Origin: an uncultured Gemmatimonadales bacterium | Lineage (GTDB): Bacteria; Gemmatimonadota; Gemmatimonadetes; Gemmatimonadales; Gemmatimonadaceae | DNA: 64,000 nt | Assembly: GCA_963701965.1 (NCBI GenBank) | Contig: OY969695.1 | Location: forward strand, 3,872,001-3,936,000 | Reading direction: 5' to 3' | Part shown: in pieces, positions 21,001-30,033 of the stretch | Numbering within the stretch: the stretch's first letter is position 1 | Layout of the letters: every line of letters begins with the position of its first letter | Position numbers and translations under genes: made by a program | The notes under the pieces: model-generated | What the model was told of the DNA's origin: nothing | The model's database searches: none | Seen by the model: only the letters and a program-made list of their open reading frames with translations

Positions 21001-22574
21001 TGGACCTGGCGCTCGAGCCCATCGCCGACCGCTTGCTCGACCAGCCCCTGGGCGGCGCGCTCCGGTCCGACAGCACCAAACTGTCGACGATCCTGGCCGT
21101 CTTTCCCACCGTCCGCAGCACCGGTGGGGCGTTCTCCACCAACATCGCGCTGGGCGGCACCTGGCGGCACCCGACGCTCGACGGCCGGATCCGCGTCATG
21201 GACGGCGAAGTGGGCATGTCGAATCTCGGCGTGCGCTGGGTCGGCGTGAACGCCGACCTGGGCCTCGTAGGTGACAGTCTCTCCCTCAGGCACGTGGTCA
21301 TCGGTACCGAGGAAGGAGACCGCCGCGGCGCCGCGACGCTCGGCGGATGGATCACCTTCGCCGATCTGCTCAACCCCCAGTTCAACCTGTGGCTCCGCGC
21401 CGACCACTTTCACGCGATCGACCTGCCGCGGCTGGCCAACCTGACCTTGTCCACGAAGAGCGCCGCCGATCGCCCCGACACGTTGCGGATCATCGGGTCC
21501 GAGCAGGAGTCGGTGCTCACCGGCAAGGTGCTCGTGGACCACGGCAGCATCTTCCTGCCCGACTTCAACCGGAAACAAGTGGTCAATCTCGACGACCCGG
21601 AGTTCTACAACCTGGTCGACACGTCGCTTATCGTGAACCGCCGGCTCTTGCCCAACGGCCCGCCACGCCTCGTCGCCGGTTTGTCGTTGAACAACGCGTC
21701 GATCGACCTGGGCGCCGATACCTGGCTCAAGTCGACGGAGGCGAACATCAACCTGAACGGCCGGGTCGAAGTCACCACCGCCCGGCTCGCGCGCGATACG
21801 ACGAAGGCGTTGGCCCTGACCGGGACGGTGAGCGCGACCCGCGGATCCTACGTGTTGAACCTCGGGCTCGTGCAACGCACGTTCACGGTGGAGCAACCGG
21901 GCACTATCACGTTCAGCGGCGAGCCGGAATTCAATCCGGCGCTCGATATTTCCGCCGTCAACATCGTCCACCCGTCGGGGCAAAGCCAGCAGTACGTCCG
22001 GCCGGAAGTGCGCGTCCAAGTGCATCTGGGCGGGACGTTGGACCACCTGGCGTTGTCTCTGTACAGTCAGGACAGCTTGCCGCAGTCGGATCTGATCAGT
22101 TACCTCGTGAGCGGCGTGCCGTCGTATGAGCTGAACCAGGCGAATAGCGGGGCGCTGGCGACGTCGATCGTGCTGCCGACGATCGGGTCGGCGGTCGGGA
22201 GTCGCCTCACGGGTGGATTGTTCGATACGTTTCAGGTGGAGACGTTTGGCGGACAGTATCAGTACAGCCAGAACCGGACCGACCTCACCTCCGCTTTTTC
22301 ACAAGCCCGCTTCGGCGCGGGCAAGCGCGTGGGCCCCGGCACATTCATCAGCGCGGACTATGGATTCTGCTCCAACGCTGGCGGAGGGGGCGCGAACCCG
22401 GGCTACCAGCTCGGCGTGCGCATCGATCAACAATTGACTCGACAGCTGTCGTTGTCCGCTGCATCCTCTCCGGCGACCACCTACGCGTACTGCACGGGGT
22501 CGAACGTGATTTCCGGGTTTGTGCCCACGCCTCGCCAGTACGGTCTCGATCTCTTTCGGTCCTGGAGCTTCTAG
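18063..22574 (+). CDS. TamB-like translocation/assembly module protein
   Basis: 1503 aa, N-terminal TM anchor, beta-rich body, C-terminal G.I.FSG...NPALDISA...GTLD..L.L.S. Directly follows the Omp85 gene. Confidence 0.88.
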   Translation: MSPAPRRRVVVALSALVLLVIGLAVVGSAVWMTQTDWGRARIRAFLVARLASVVHGRLYVGRLGGNLLTEVTIDSIDLRDREGRPFISTGPLTVRFDPRDLVDQRILLQHVDVSHPVVHIVNYRGTGWNYRDIFGPGSNRRRSLTHVRGFGDYIVFRDVTVRDASIEYAEPWQPDDSLRGARRDSVIAVELAKPDSGVRRWTDGLKHSFRWRHSDLKAHYVRLADPDSVGLAFGIDEVSTDESEPRFKFRHVRGTARVRGDSLWLEFPHFELPGSAGRAAGRLVFGNNLPVRIAMHAVADTASLNDIAWVYPTLPTTGGGSATVDIKTERDPHFIDYELSKMDVSTTRSRVRGTMTFVVGGPVLAVRNLNVRAMPLDFLFIRTLAGTPFPVDYAGAFTGIVHARGGPLNQFQADTVRLTFDDAHVPGAQSRFFGSGLLDIHDPQVTRFHGFHLEFQRLDLRTLQFLYPDFPRLNGTVAGHATLDSLWDDVRVRDADLTQTDGPDEPTRATGGGRVTFADTTVTYDLALVFSRLSFATLGRSYPGVWFRGAFTGPLRMKGTMDNLDLSANLTSDAGAVSTTGHFNLAGPIFVARGTASFVDADLSSLPARDGLLASDLTVTAQGDLTGTSLADLAGTMALTVGRSLVDSVSVDTGRVSLAFAGGAVRIDSLHAQTALANVDGEGALGLVTGHDDSLAFRASFDSLGALKRYLEGDTVAGTATVTGIIGGWLDSLAARGRINAIGLRYGRNHVNDARATFDVSDMPRHATGTVTLSLDTLRLSGIALQQVQGEARIAHGKETRATLHATSQSGPTADAGFAVFVGRDTTDVIVDSLALRTPGNDWHLDHPARVRTGRFGLILDSATARGAVAGWIAARANLPRVGAIAVHFGGDSIPLADLGALAQSLDQAGGAAAFNVDIAATRANPIMKFTAQLTGARLGNVAIDQVRAEGGYQSKQLSVHTDFVQRGDTALHAALALPLDLALEPIADRLLDQPLGGALRSDSTKLSTILAVFPTVRSTGGAFSTNIALGGTWRHPTLDGRIRVMDGEVGMSNLGVRWVGVNADLGLVGDSLSLRHVVIGTEEGDRRGAATLGGWITFADLLNPQFNLWLRADHFHAIDLPRLANLTLSTKSAADRPDTLRIIGSEQESVLTGKVLVDHGSIFLPDFNRKQVVNLDDPEFYNLVDTSLIVNRRLLPNGPPRLVAGLSLNNASIDLGADTWLKSTEANINLNGRVEVTTARLARDTTKALALTGTVSATRGSYVLNLGLVQRTFTVEQPGTITFSGEPEFNPALDISAVNIVHPSGQSQQYVRPEVRVQVHLGGTLDHLALSLYSQDSLPQSDLISYLVSGVPSYELNQANSGALATSIVLPTIGSAVGSRLTGGLFDTFQVETFGGQYQYSQNRTDLTSAFSQARFGAGKRVGPGTFISADYGFCSNAGGGGANPGYQLGVRIDQQLTRQLSLSAASSPATTYAYCTGSNVISGFVPTPRQYGLDLFRSWSF

Positions 22575-22575
22575 C

Positions 22576-23484
22576 GTGACCGCGATCTGCTTCCCCGGCG
22601 TCCGCCGCCGGGCCCTGATGGTGGTCAACCCGGCGTCCCGCCTGGGCTCGCGCTATCAACGCGCGGCGCTGGCGGCGTTTCGCCGGGCCGGGGTGCGGTG
22701 CGACGCCGTGCTCACGGAGCACCAGGGGCAGGGCGCGGAAATCGCCACGTCGCTGGCGCCCAAGTACGATCTGGTGTTCACGCTGGGCGGGGATGGCACC
22801 GCCATGGAGGTCGTCGGGGCGCTGGCCGGCACCGGCCAGCCGATCGGCATCCTGCCGGGCGGCACCGGGAACCTCATCGCCCGGACGCTCGGGATCCCGC
22901 TGAACGTGAGACGGGCGGTCAGCGTCCTGCTGACCGGCGAGGAAACGCGGGTCGATCTCGGGCGCCTGTCGGCTGGGCGGCACTTCGCGTTCGCGGCAGG
23001 GGTGGGGGTGGACGCCTCCATGATCGCCGAGGCCTCATCGAGCCTCAAGCGCCACATCGGGGTCCTGGCCTACGTCATCAGCTGGTCCCGGGCCGCCCTG
23101 CGGCGCGACCTGTTCCGGGTCCGGATCACAGTCGACGGGGAGATCGTGGAGCGGGAGGCGACGTCGGTCATGGTCGCCAACTTCGGGGCGGTCCTCAACG
23201 ACCTGATGACCTTAGGGCCGGGAATCCGGCCAGATGACGCAAAGCTGGACTTGTGCGTCTTCTCTCCATACACCGTCGGGGACGCCGTACGCATCGCCTG
23301 GAAGCTTCTTCGCAAGGACTTTGGATCCGACCCGTGCATGCTCTACCGCGCGGGGCGGCACTTCCGTATCGAAACGTTGCCGCCGCGCGTCGCGCAGGCG
23401 GACGGGGAGTTGCTGGGACAAACGCCCTTCGAGATCTGCGTGGAACCGCTCGCGGCCCAGTTGCTGATTCCCCGACGCACGTGA
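22576..23484 (+). CDS. Diacylglycerol/lipid kinase family protein (YegS/DgkB-like)
   Basis: VVNPAS, GGDGT, ILPGGTGN, QADGE. Confidence 0.92.
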   Translation: MTAICFPGVRRRALMVVNPASRLGSRYQRAALAAFRRAGVRCDAVLTEHQGQGAEIATSLAPKYDLVFTLGGDGTAMEVVGALAGTGQPIGILPGGTGNLIARTLGIPLNVRRAVSVLLTGEETRVDLGRLSAGRHFAFAAGVGVDASMIAEASSSLKRHIGVLAYVISWSRAALRRDLFRVRITVDGEIVEREATSVMVANFGAVLNDLMTLGPGIRPDDAKLDLCVFSPYTVGDAVRIAWKLLRKDFGSDPCMLYRAGRHFRIETLPPRVAQADGELLGQTPFEICVEPLAAQLLIPRRT

Positions 23485-23491
23485 TCGGCTA

Positions 23492-24832
23492 ATGGCCAGC
23501 GTGCTCATCGTCGACGACGAGCCGGCGATCACGGCGACGCTCGGAACGTTTTTCGAGCGCGTCGGTGGGCACGCCGTCACCAAGGCCCACTCCGGCGAAG
23601 AGGGCTTGACGCTGTTCCGCCGCCTGCGTCCGGATCTGGTCCTGCTCGACGTGCGGCTGCCGGACATGACGGGCTTCGACGTCCTCGACAAGATCCGGGA
23701 CGAAAACGGCACCGTCATCATGATTACGGCGTACGGCGACGTGCCGTTGGCGGTGCAGGCAATGCAGAACGGCGCCGAAAACTTTCTCACGAAGCCGGTG
23801 GAGCTGGCGCATCTGGGCGCCGCGGCCGAGCGGGCATTCGAGAAGTCGCGGCTCCGGCAGATGAACCGGTACCTGGCCGAGCGGCGCGGTGGCGCGTCCT
23901 CGGCGCGCGTGCTGCTGGGGTCCTCGCCCCCGATGGCGGAGCTGGGGAACCAGCTCGAGATGCTGGCCCTGAGCGACAAGACGACCGTGTTGCTGATCGG
24001 CGAGAGCGGGGCCGGGAAGGGCCGCGTCGCCGAACTGATTCACGCCCGGAGTCCGCGGGCGGGGCGACCGTTCATCGAAGTCAATTGCGCGGCCCTTACC
24101 GCCGACACGCTCGACAACGAGTTGTTCGGCCTGCAGAACCCGAACGAAGATCACGGCGCACCCAAGCCCGGCCTCTTCGAGGTGTCGGATGGCGGGTCGC
24201 TCTTTCTCGACGAGATCGGCGATCTGGCGCCGGCGTTGCAGCCGAAGCTGCTCCGCGTGCTGGAGGGCAAAACCTTCCGCCGGGTCGGCGGCACGCAGGA
24301 GATCTTCGCCGACGTCCGGTTGATCGCGGCCACGTCCAAGGACCTGGTCAATGAAGTGACCGCAGGCACGTTCCGCGAAGATCTCTACTACCGGCTCAGC
24401 GTCATGCCGGTGTATCTGCCGCCGCTCCGCGCGCGGTCGCGCGAGGATCTGATCGAGCTGATCGCGCACGTGCTCGATGAGTTGCGCGCCGCGCTGCCCG
24501 ATGCGCCGCCCCAGATCGGCGACGCGGCCCTCGACCGCATGCTGCGCTATCCCTGGCCGGGCAACATTCGGGAACTGCGCAACGTGCTGGAGCGGGCGAC
24601 GATCGTCTCCCGCGGCGCGCCGGAAATCGGCCCCGAGCACCTCCCGGCGGACGTGCGGGATGCCACCGGGATCGGGGTCGAGCACCACGTGCCCAAGTCC
24701 CTCGACGAGGTCGAGCGCACGCATATCGAGCGGACGCTCCGGGTCCACGCGGGGAATCGCACGCACGCCGCGCGCGAGCTGGGCATCTCGCGGGCGACGT
24801 TGATCAAGAAGATCAGGACGTACGGGCTGTGA
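23492..24832 (+). CDS. NtrC-family response regulator (REC-AAA+-Fis HTH), GAFTGA loop degenerate
   Basis: Receiver domain, GESGAGK, FLDEIG, QPKLLRVL, FREDLYYRL, WPGNIREL, C-terminal HTH. Confidence 0.93.
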   Translation: MASVLIVDDEPAITATLGTFFERVGGHAVTKAHSGEEGLTLFRRLRPDLVLLDVRLPDMTGFDVLDKIRDENGTVIMITAYGDVPLAVQAMQNGAENFLTKPVELAHLGAAAERAFEKSRLRQMNRYLAERRGGASSARVLLGSSPPMAELGNQLEMLALSDKTTVLLIGESGAGKGRVAELIHARSPRAGRPFIEVNCAALTADTLDNELFGLQNPNEDHGAPKPGLFEVSDGGSLFLDEIGDLAPALQPKLLRVLEGKTFRRVGGTQEIFADVRLIAATSKDLVNEVTAGTFREDLYYRLSVMPVYLPPLRARSREDLIELIAHVLDELRAALPDAPPQIGDAALDRMLRYPWPGNIRELRNVLERATIVSRGAPEIGPEHLPADVRDATGIGVEHHVPKSLDEVERTHIERTLRVHAGNRTHAARELGISRATLIKKIRTYGL

Positions 24833-25014
24833 ACGAAACCCACGCCCACGAGCGCGACGCCATGGTGTGCCGTCGCTGCGGAAAAGAGGAGCGGGCCTCC
24901 GAAGGCTATCCCTGCCAATCCTGCGGCACGTTTCTGTGCTTGATCTGTAGCTTCCGCGGCTACCAGTACTGCACGCGCTGCGAGCAACGGCAAAGCGCTC
25001 CGCCGAACCCATGA
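24829..25014 (+). CDS. Small protein with four CxxC pairs (putative zinc finger)
   Basis: CRRC, CQSC, CLIC, CTRC. Overlaps both neighbours by 4 nt (GTGA, ATGA). Start could instead be ATG 24862. Confidence 0.75.
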   Translation: MNETHAHERDAMVCRRCGKEERASEGYPCQSCGTFLCLICSFRGYQYCTRCEQRQSAPPNP

Positions 25015-25757
25015 CCCTCCGGGTCCGCTCGGCGATCGCGCCGTTGCTGGCCGAGCCCCGTATCAGTAGCGAGCAGATCTCCCAGCGGCTGTTCGGTCAT
25101 CCCCTTACCGCGCTGGAGTCGCGCGGCGACTATGTGCGCGTGCGGGGCGGCGACGGGTACGAGGGGTGGACTCATCAGGGATATCTCGTCGAGACCCGCG
25201 ACGCCGGGTGGCGCCTGGGCCTCGGCTGCACGGTCGCTGACGCGACCGGTGCCCTCGTGCCGCTCCCACTGGGTGCGCTGATCCCTTCGCAAATGCCGAT
25301 CATAGATGGCGGCGTTCTGACGGGTGAAGAGCGTGGAGCCGCCTTTCCGGCGACGGGTGCGGCCGTGACGCGAACGGCGCGAAGCGCTTTCGCGGGCACC
25401 ACCTACCAATGGGGCGGCGTCTCACCCTGGGGCGCCGACTGCTCGGGCTTCGTGCAGACGGTATTCTGGCTCCACGGCCTCGACCTGCCGCGCGACGCCT
25501 GGCAACAAGCCCTCACGGGCATCCCGGCGGCGCCACCTTATGCCCCGGCCGATCTCCTCTTTTTCTCCGAACGCGAGGACCGCCGCCCCACGCACGTCGG
25601 CATCGCGCTCGCCGACGGGTTCATGGCCCACGTCGCCGTCGGCCGCGGCGGCCACGCGATCGATCGTCTGGACGATCGCGACCCGTACGTCGCGTCGTTG
25701 ATGGCGCGCCTCGTCGGCGCGCGCACCGTTATGACATCATCCCGCGTGCCGGGATGA
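25011..25757 (+). CDS. NlpC/P60 (C40) peptidase with N-terminal SH3-like region
   Basis: YQWGG..PWGADCSG, LPRDA, DLLFF, HVGI. Confidence 0.9.
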   Translation: MTLRVRSAIAPLLAEPRISSEQISQRLFGHPLTALESRGDYVRVRGGDGYEGWTHQGYLVETRDAGWRLGLGCTVADATGALVPLPLGALIPSQMPIIDGGVLTGEERGAAFPATGAAVTRTARSAFAGTTYQWGGVSPWGADCSGFVQTVFWLHGLDLPRDAWQQALTGIPAAPPYAPADLLFFSEREDRRPTHVGIALADGFMAHVAVGRGGHAIDRLDDRDPYVASLMARLVGARTVMTSSRVPG

Positions 25758-26157
25758 GCGGGCCTTGCACGACGCCGTTGACCTGCACGGCGGCCTCCGC
25801 GGTCGGCTGCCCATCCAGCGCGACGGCCATCGTGTAACGGCCCGGCACATCAATGGGCAGGTCGAGCTGCGCGATGAGCGGCAGGTCCATATCCGATGCG
25901 CCTTGCGGTGCCTCCGCGATCTTGATCTCGCCCGTCGAGGCCCACAGCTCGTTCCCCTGGGGATTGAGCCACCGGAGCCCCATGGTGTGCGTCCCCGCGT
26001 CGCTGCGGCCCCCCTTGAGCCGCACCACGAGCGTCGCGCGCGGATGGACGGTCGGCATCGACGTGACGTGGACGGCGTCGAAGACGCCCAGGATGTTGAG
26101 CTTCCCTTCCTGGGACAGGTTCGCCGCGTCGGCGAAGAGCGCAAAGGAGACGTGCAT
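25729..26157 (-). CDS. Conserved hypothetical protein (DUF6941-like)
   Basis: LFADAA...GKLNILGVFD pattern, with a -10-like box just upstream. Family assignment is from memory. Confidence 0.7.
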   Translation of the reverse strand: MHVSFALFADAANLSQEGKLNILGVFDAVHVTSMPTVHPRATLVVRLKGGRSDAGTHTMGLRWLNPQGNELWASTGEIKIAEAPQGASDMDLPLIAQLDLPIDVPGRYTMAVALDGQPTAEAAVQVNGVVQGPLIPARGMMS

Positions 26158-26200
26158 AGGGTAACTTAGCGAGCGCGGGCCGCCGCGCCGCTACCGCCTG

Positions 26201-28327
26201 CTATTGGGTCGCGTGCGAGATCGACTCTTCCAACGCCGCGATCTTCTGGGCGAGGGCGTCGAGGCGCTGGTCCACGGGCGAAACCGGCACCACCGTGGGC
26301 AGCTGCACCGACCGCTTGGGCCAGAATGTCCGGGCCAGCGCGAACGCCAGGAGGCCCAGGAGGACGAGCTGGGCCAGCAGCGTCTCGACGCTGTTGAAGA
26401 TTCCCATGGCCTCGACGTTGGGAAATCCCGGCAGCAGCGTGATGGGGACGGCGCCGCCCTCCTGCAGCTCGCGAATGCCTTTGCCCGCGAACACGAACGC
26501 CATGTAGTACAGGAGCGCGCTGGTCACGGTGAAAAACGGCCGCAGCGGAATGCGCACGCCAAAGCGATAGAACAACGTGAAGATGACCGCCAATGCCGCG
26601 AAGCCGACGACGATGCCCAGCGACAGCGGCAGCGCGAGATGGGCGCCCTCGCTGAACAGCGCCTGGTAGAACAGCGCGGTCTCCGCGCCCTCGCGATAGA
26701 CGGCGAGAAACGCGACGAACGCCAACGCCGTGCCGCCGCCCTGCGCCAGCGCCGTGGTCACCTTTTCCTTGATGAACTGCTGCCACTTGGCCGCTTCCAC
26801 CTTCGAGATCAGCCAGTAGCTCACCGAGAAGAGCACGGCCACGGCCACGAGCAGCGTAGCCCCCTCAATGATCTCGCTGCTCGCGGGCAGTGCGCGGAGG
26901 ACCGTGGCCAGGACGATGGCGGTGACGCCACTGGCCGCCAGTGCCAGGGCCGTGCCCACCCAGATCGAGCGCAACCGGTCCTGGTGGCCGGTCTTGATCA
27001 GGAACGCCACGACGGCGCCGACGACCAGAATCGCCTCGAACCCTTCGCGCAGGATGATGAGAAACGACTGGAGGAACGCGCTCCATCCGCCCGCCGTCGG
27101 TTGATTCAACGCCATCACGGCCGGCAACCCCACTTCGATCGCATCGTGCGCCCGCTCCGCGGCGCGCAGATCGCTCGACGTCACGGCGCCCTTGAAGTCG
27201 GCGAAATGCCGCTCCATCGTCGACACGAGCCCCGGGTTCTTCGCCCGCGCCGTCGTCTCCAACGGCTCGAACGCGAGATAGGCGTCGAACGCACGGTCGG
27301 TCGCGTCCTGCGCGCGCCCACCGCGGGCATCGACCAGGGACTGGTTGACGAGCGACATCACGCGGGCCGCCGCCGGCGCCACCGCCGAGTCGCCCGGTTC
27401 ACCGCCGCGCGTCGACACGGAACGCAGAAACGCGACGACGTTCATCGCTTGCTCGGGCGTCAGATCGCGCGACGGCGGCATCGCGGTGCCCGGCACGCCA
27501 TCGCGGATGGCCGCGACCAGCGCCGAGTCGCTCTTCTCCGCCTGCCAGGGGAACGTGCCGATGGCCGGCGGGACGTGCGACAGATTGTGCGTGTACTGTG
27601 CGCCGTCGGCGCCCGTCGGGCCGTGACACGAGGCGCACCGTTGAAAATAGAGACCCTCGCCTTCGGCGCGCTGCGCATCGCTATGGCGGAGCGATGACAG
27701 ATACGCGATCGCGTTCCACCGCTGATCCGCCGTGAGGGTCGCGCTCCACGCCGGCATTGCCGTGCCCCGCACGCCGACGGAGACGACGCGGAACGTCAGC
27801 GCGGGACTCACGCCGGCCATCGCGGTCTCGGTGCCGATCGCCGGCGGACGATCGGCCGCCGGCATGCCGCGAGCGGCCGGCCCGTCGCCCAGTCCGCGCG
27901 TGCCGTGACACGACGTGCAGTTGTGCGCATACACCAATGCACCCGCCGCCACGTTGATCGGATGCACGGGCAGATCGAGGGCGCCTTCGCTCCCCAGGGC
28001 CGCGTTGAACCGCACGCCGATCGCCGCGAGCTCGGCCGGCGCGCGATTGGCTTGGGCCGCGATGAGCAGGGTGTCGATCAGTGCCGCCGCCTTCGTCGCC
28101 CGGTCGCCGGAGAGCCGGCCGGCGACGTCCTTGGCATCGCGCAAGAACCCGACAGACTCCTCATGCTCCTGCGCCGCAATCAGTCTCCCCTGCGCGTCCA
28201 CACCCTTGCCGTACTCACCGATCGCGACCCCGACAATGTTCGCGAGCCGCTTGGCAGGCTCTTCCTGTGCGCGGGCGGTGATGGCGACAAATAGCGCGAC
28301 AAATACGAGACGGGCAGACATTTGCAT
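26201..28327 (-). CDS. Di-heme cytochrome c / FTR1 iron permease fusion
   Basis: Signal peptide, CTSCH and CASCH, REGFE and REGAE motifs, multiple TM helices. Confidence 0.92.
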   Translation of the reverse strand: MQMSARLVFVALFVAITARAQEEPAKRLANIVGVAIGEYGKGVDAQGRLIAAQEHEESVGFLRDAKDVAGRLSGDRATKAAALIDTLLIAAQANRAPAELAAIGVRFNAALGSEGALDLPVHPINVAAGALVYAHNCTSCHGTRGLGDGPAARGMPAADRPPAIGTETAMAGVSPALTFRVVSVGVRGTAMPAWSATLTADQRWNAIAYLSSLRHSDAQRAEGEGLYFQRCASCHGPTGADGAQYTHNLSHVPPAIGTFPWQAEKSDSALVAAIRDGVPGTAMPPSRDLTPEQAMNVVAFLRSVSTRGGEPGDSAVAPAAARVMSLVNQSLVDARGGRAQDATDRAFDAYLAFEPLETTARAKNPGLVSTMERHFADFKGAVTSSDLRAAERAHDAIEVGLPAVMALNQPTAGGWSAFLQSFLIILREGFEAILVVGAVVAFLIKTGHQDRLRSIWVGTALALAASGVTAIVLATVLRALPASSEIIEGATLLVAVAVLFSVSYWLISKVEAAKWQQFIKEKVTTALAQGGGTALAFVAFLAVYREGAETALFYQALFSEGAHLALPLSLGIVVGFAALAVIFTLFYRFGVRIPLRPFFTVTSALLYYMAFVFAGKGIRELQEGGAVPITLLPGFPNVEAMGIFNSVETLLAQLVLLGLLAFALARTFWPKRSVQLPTVVPVSPVDQRLDALAQKIAALEESISHATQ

Positions 28328-28338
28328 TCCGAACGAAT

Positions 28339-28728
28339 CTATCGGCTATCGCTCTCCAGAACAACGACCGCGGCCGCCGTGGCCTCACTGTGGGTCAGGG
28401 TGACCCAGGCCCGGGTCACGCCCAGTTCGGCGGCGCGCCGTTTGGCATGGCCGTGGAGCTCCAGGATAGGCTGCCCATCCTCGCGCACGACGACTTCAAT
28501 GTCCTTCCAATTGATGGCTCGCGCCAGATCGTTGCCCGAAAGCGCTTTGTACGCGGCCTCCTTGGCCGCCAACCGGGCCGCATAGTGGCGCGTGGGATGG
28601 GCGTGGCGACTCGCGTAATCGATCTCGCGAAACGTGAAGAGGCGGCGGAGCGCGCGTTCTTCGTGCAGCGCCACCATCTGCGTGACCCGGGCGATCTCCA
28701 GGAGATCGAGCCCGATCCCGACGATCAC
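28339..28728 (-). CDS. acpS: Holo-ACP synthase
   Basis: IVGIGLDL, AARLAAKEAAYKAL, TLTHS. Confidence 0.93.
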   Translation of the reverse strand: MIVGIGLDLLEIARVTQMVALHEERALRRLFTFREIDYASRHAHPTRHYAARLAAKEAAYKALSGNDLARAINWKDIEVVVREDGQPILELHGHAKRRAAELGVTRAWVTLTHSEATAAAVVVLESDSR

Positions 28729-29465
28729 TTCCGGCCGCCGAATCGGCGTCGCACTGCGCGCGGTCCCAGCACCGAGCCGATCGCGGCCAGCCAACACTGG
28801 TCGGCCGCGCGAAACACGTCGCGGTAGGCGCCGGCCCATTCGCGCCAGCGCACGAACCGGACATCATCGGCTGCTTCGCGGACCGCATCGGCGGCGGCGC
28901 CGAGCGCGTCCAGGGACGAGACGACGGGCTGCGCGAGGTCGGCCATCTCGGCCTCCATCGCGCGGCGGTCCGCCGGCTGCTTCGGGTATCGCTCGGCGGC
29001 CAGCTCGCGCACCGTCGTGCCCACCGCCCCGGCGAGCGCGCCCGGATCGACCGCGGCCAGCCGGGCCATCGGGTCGGCTGCGCGCGCCGCCGCCCGGCGG
29101 GCGGCGAGAAACGGGCCGAAGAACCGGTCATGGTCCACGCCGGGCCGTGCCCGGGAAGACCCCAAGGCTCGCAACGGAACCGTCAGCTCGGGAATGGTGC
29201 ACGATCGGGCGACGATCTCCCGGCCGATGGCGTCGAGTCCACCGGGCGCCGTCAACTCGATCACATCGCCGGACCCATGAAAGAGCGTGAGATGATCCGA
29301 ACGCACATGAGCGCCGTCCAGCTGGTCGACTGGCACTGTGACTCGTCCGCCCGCGGACGCCAACAACACGGCGTCGCCCGACAGGGCGATCGTGCCCGGC
29401 CCGGCGATCTCGGTGCCCCGCCAGAGGGCCCAGATGGTGACCGCGGCCGGCGCCGGATCAGGCAT
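28725..29465 (-). CDS. Hypothetical protein
   Basis: Protein-like reading (MPDPAPAAVTIW...) filling the gap and overlapping both flanking genes. Confidence 0.7.
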   Translation of the reverse strand: MPDPAPAAVTIWALWRGTEIAGPGTIALSGDAVLLASAGGRVTVPVDQLDGAHVRSDHLTLFHGSGDVIELTAPGGLDAIGREIVARSCTIPELTVPLRALGSSRARPGVDHDRFFGPFLAARRAAARAADPMARLAAVDPGALAGAVGTTVRELAAERYPKQPADRRAMEAEMADLAQPVVSSLDALGAAADAVREAADDVRFVRWREWAGAYRDVFRAADQCWLAAIGSVLGPRAVRRRFGGRK

Positions 29466-30033
29466 CGTCGAGCTCGCGGTCGCTGAGTGCCGCATCGAGC
29501 CCGGTCCGCTCCTCGAAGCGCGCCACGAAGTCCAGCAGGCGCTCTTCGCTGAACGCCGAGCGCGCAATCCCCGTGAGCCCGATCGCGCGCTCAATGGCAT
29601 CGGGAGGGCCCTCGACCTCCAGCAACACGTCCATCCGGGGATACCGCTCGAATCGCACCGACGCTCCCGCCACCGTGTATTGACGGATGTCCCGGTCGAC
29701 CTGGCGCACGACGACGAGTCCCACCCGCTCGAGGATTTGCTCCAGCGCCTCGGGATCGCCCGCGCTCGTCGACAGCTCCTCGCGAACCTTGTAACCGTCC
29801 TCGGTCGCCGACGGTCCCTTCCAGTCGAACTCGGCGTGGGGCGCCACGCCGCCGTCCGGGCGATACACGCGGAGGCGCAACACAATGTCGCGACGGGCAA
29901 ATCTCCCATCCCGCATGTCGTAGCGCCGGTCCTCCATTCGCCCGGTGTAGACGAGGACGGCGCCCGCCGCTTCGAGGCGCGCCCGCGTCCCGGTCTCGTC
30001 GCCGACGACGGCCTTGAGCTCGACCTCGATCAC
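29458..30033 (-). CDS. CYTH-domain protein (class IV adenylate cyclase-like)
   Basis: N-terminal EVELK, DRRYD, LRLR, KGP, REE, LLEVE. Confidence 0.85.
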   Translation of the reverse strand: MIEVELKAVVGDETGTRARLEAAGAVLVYTGRMEDRRYDMRDGRFARRDIVLRLRVYRPDGGVAPHAEFDWKGPSATEDGYKVREELSTSAGDPEALEQILERVGLVVVRQVDRDIRQYTVAGASVRFERYPRMDVLLEVEGPPDAIERAIGLTGIARSAFSEERLLDFVARFEERTGLDAALSDRELDDA

